A stretch of DNA of 64,000 bases from Candidatus Saccharimonadota bacterium (GTDB lineage: Bacteria > Patescibacteriota > Saccharimonadia > Saccharimonadales > Saccharimonadaceae), in NCBI GenBank assembly GCA_016196195.1, contig JACPYF010000010.1:4110-68109 (forward strand). The letters are read 5' to 3'. Below, one piece after another: positions 63,026 to 64,000 of this stretch; within the stretch, counting starts at the first letter, position 1; every line of letters starts with the position of its first letter. The notes under the pieces were generated by a model. It made no database searches. It saw only the letters and a program-made list of their open reading frames with translations, and was not told the DNA's origin. A program made the translations under genes and the position numbers.

Positions 63026-64000
63026 TTAGATTGTCGGATTGGCCGCCCTGTATTGCAAGGCTTCAGAAATATGCCTTGTTGTTATGTCTTTGGAATTCTC
63101 TAGGTCGGCGATTGTGCGAGCTACCTTGATGACTTTAAAGTATGACCTGGTTGTTAGGCTCAATCTTTGTGAGGCTTGGGCCAGTAAATTACGCACATCT
63201 TCACTGAGGTCTAGTTGTTTTTTAATCTGTTGGCTGCTAAGCGAGGCATTGCTAATTGTTGTGTCGCCATATCTTTTTTGCTGTATATTTCTAGCATCTT
63301 CAATCTGTTGGCGAAAGCCATCTGCAATGTTTGTATTTGATTTTTTTAATAGCTCATCGTGCGGAACGCGTCCTACATGAACAACTAAATCTATGCGATC
63401 TAACAAGGGTCCAGAGACTTTCTTTTGGTACTGCAATATCTGAGTTGTGCTGCAGTTGCATTCGCGCAGATCATCGCCGTAATAACCGCACGGACAGGGG
63501 TTTTGGGTGGCAACAAGCATAAAGTTAGCCGGAAAACTGACCTTGCTACTAGCGCGAGAAACATGTATCTCGCGATCTTCCAGGGGTTGTCGCATTACTT
63601 CTAGGCTAGCGCGGGGGTATTCAGGTAGCTCATCGAGAAATAGCACACCGAGATGCGCCAAACTAACTTCGCCAGGCACGGGATTGCGCCCACCACCTAT
63701 CAGTGAAATATGACTTGCAGTATGATGTGGCGAACGAAAAGGTCGAGACAACAAAGCGTCTGCAGCCATCTCCCCGGATATACTATGCAGTTTAGTTACT
63801 TGTATCTGCTCCGACAGCGAAAGGGGCGGCAGGAGGTCGACAAGAGCTCTAGCGAGCATTGTTTTGCCTGTGCCGGGTGGTCCGGTGAATAGAATATTAT
63901 GATGACCTGCGGCCGCGATAGTCAGTGCGCGCTTTGCGATGGGCTGACCGTATATATCATCTATAGTCAATTTGGATTTCTTTGCGTTAGATTTTATCTT
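63026..64000 (-). CDS. comM: Mg-chelatase-like ATPase ComM/YifB, C-terminal part (gene continues past window end)
   Basis: Walker A GPPGTGKTM, VLFLDELPEY, CPCGYYGD...CNC zinc-like motif, LSGPLLDRIDL. The frame is still open at 64000. Confidence 0.88.
   Translation of the reverse strand, partial: KIKSNAKKSKLTIDDIYGQPIAKRALTIAAAGHHNILFTGPPGTGKTMLARALVDLLPPLSLSEQIQVTKLHSISGEMAADALLSRPFRSPHHTASHISLIGGGRNPVPGEVSLAHLGVLFLDELPEYPRASLEVMRQPLEDREIHVSRASSKVSFPANFMLVATQNPCPCGYYGDDLRECNCSTTQILQYQKKVSGPLLDRIDLVVHVGRVPHDELLKKSNTNIADGFRQQIEDARNIQQKRYGDTTISNASLSSQQIKKQLDLSEDVRNLLAQASQRLSLTTRSYFKVIKVARTIADLENSKDITTRHISEALQYRAANPTI

Noticed and set aside
1-64000. Alternative genetic code (UGA as sense), CRISPR arrays, IS elements, prophage or known defence-system genes
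   Set aside because: Conserved proteins end at TGA, and ATGA stop-start overlaps are common, so code 11 fits. No regularly spaced repeats, transposase, Cas, restriction-modification, toxin-antitoxin or phage structural signatures were recognisable in any ORF.

Overview
This is a gene-dense 64-kb window from a compact bacterial genome. Hand counts on sample core lines give about 43% G+C. The standard genetic code applies, and many neighbouring genes overlap by 1-20 nt. About 70 protein genes are supportable.

Most of the window is information-processing and housekeeping genes:
- Replication, repair and transcription: dnaG-rpoD, polA, dut, mutM, holA, ssb, ftsK, xerC/D-type recombinase, nrdR, comM.
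- Translation and RNA processing: rpsT, truB-rpsO-pnp, RNase J, rpsF-ssb-rpsR, efp, tlyA, ychF, thrS, miaA, rpmB, infC-rpmI-rplT.
- Other: uppP, ndk.
- RNA genes: four tRNAs (Arg-CCT, Asp-GTC, Thr-CGT, Val-GAC) and a fragment of RNase P RNA.

The accessory part lies at about 25.4-46 kb and contains:
- a GGDEF cyclase;
- a low-GC, translationally coupled triad (unknown protein, NifS-like cysteine desulfurase, C39-like peptidase);
- an approximately 870-bp GC-rich cassette bracketed by a 9-bp direct repeat, encoding a secreted protein with a collagen-like GPT tail;
- a small membrane anchor coupled to an orphan 1,240-aa cysteine-rich secreted protein;
- a complete secretin-less type IV pilus locus directly downstream (pilM-N-O-x-B-T-C, major pilin, pilD, four minor pilins, one apparently frameshifted).

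Reduced domain sets, the secretin-less pilus locus and the near absence of biosynthetic genes fit a Patescibacteria/CPR organism, possibly Saccharibacteria. That placement is inference only.

Other points worth a second look:
- an rnpB 5' fragment overlapping the 3' end of rplT;
- tRNA-Arg flanked by copies of its own ends;
- long perfect inverted repeats in two divergent promoter regions;
- recurrent -10 boxes 6-10 nt from start codons, suggesting leaderless mRNAs;
- a DnaG zinc ribbon lacking all four ligands.

No rRNA, CRISPR array or recognisable IS/transposase was seen.
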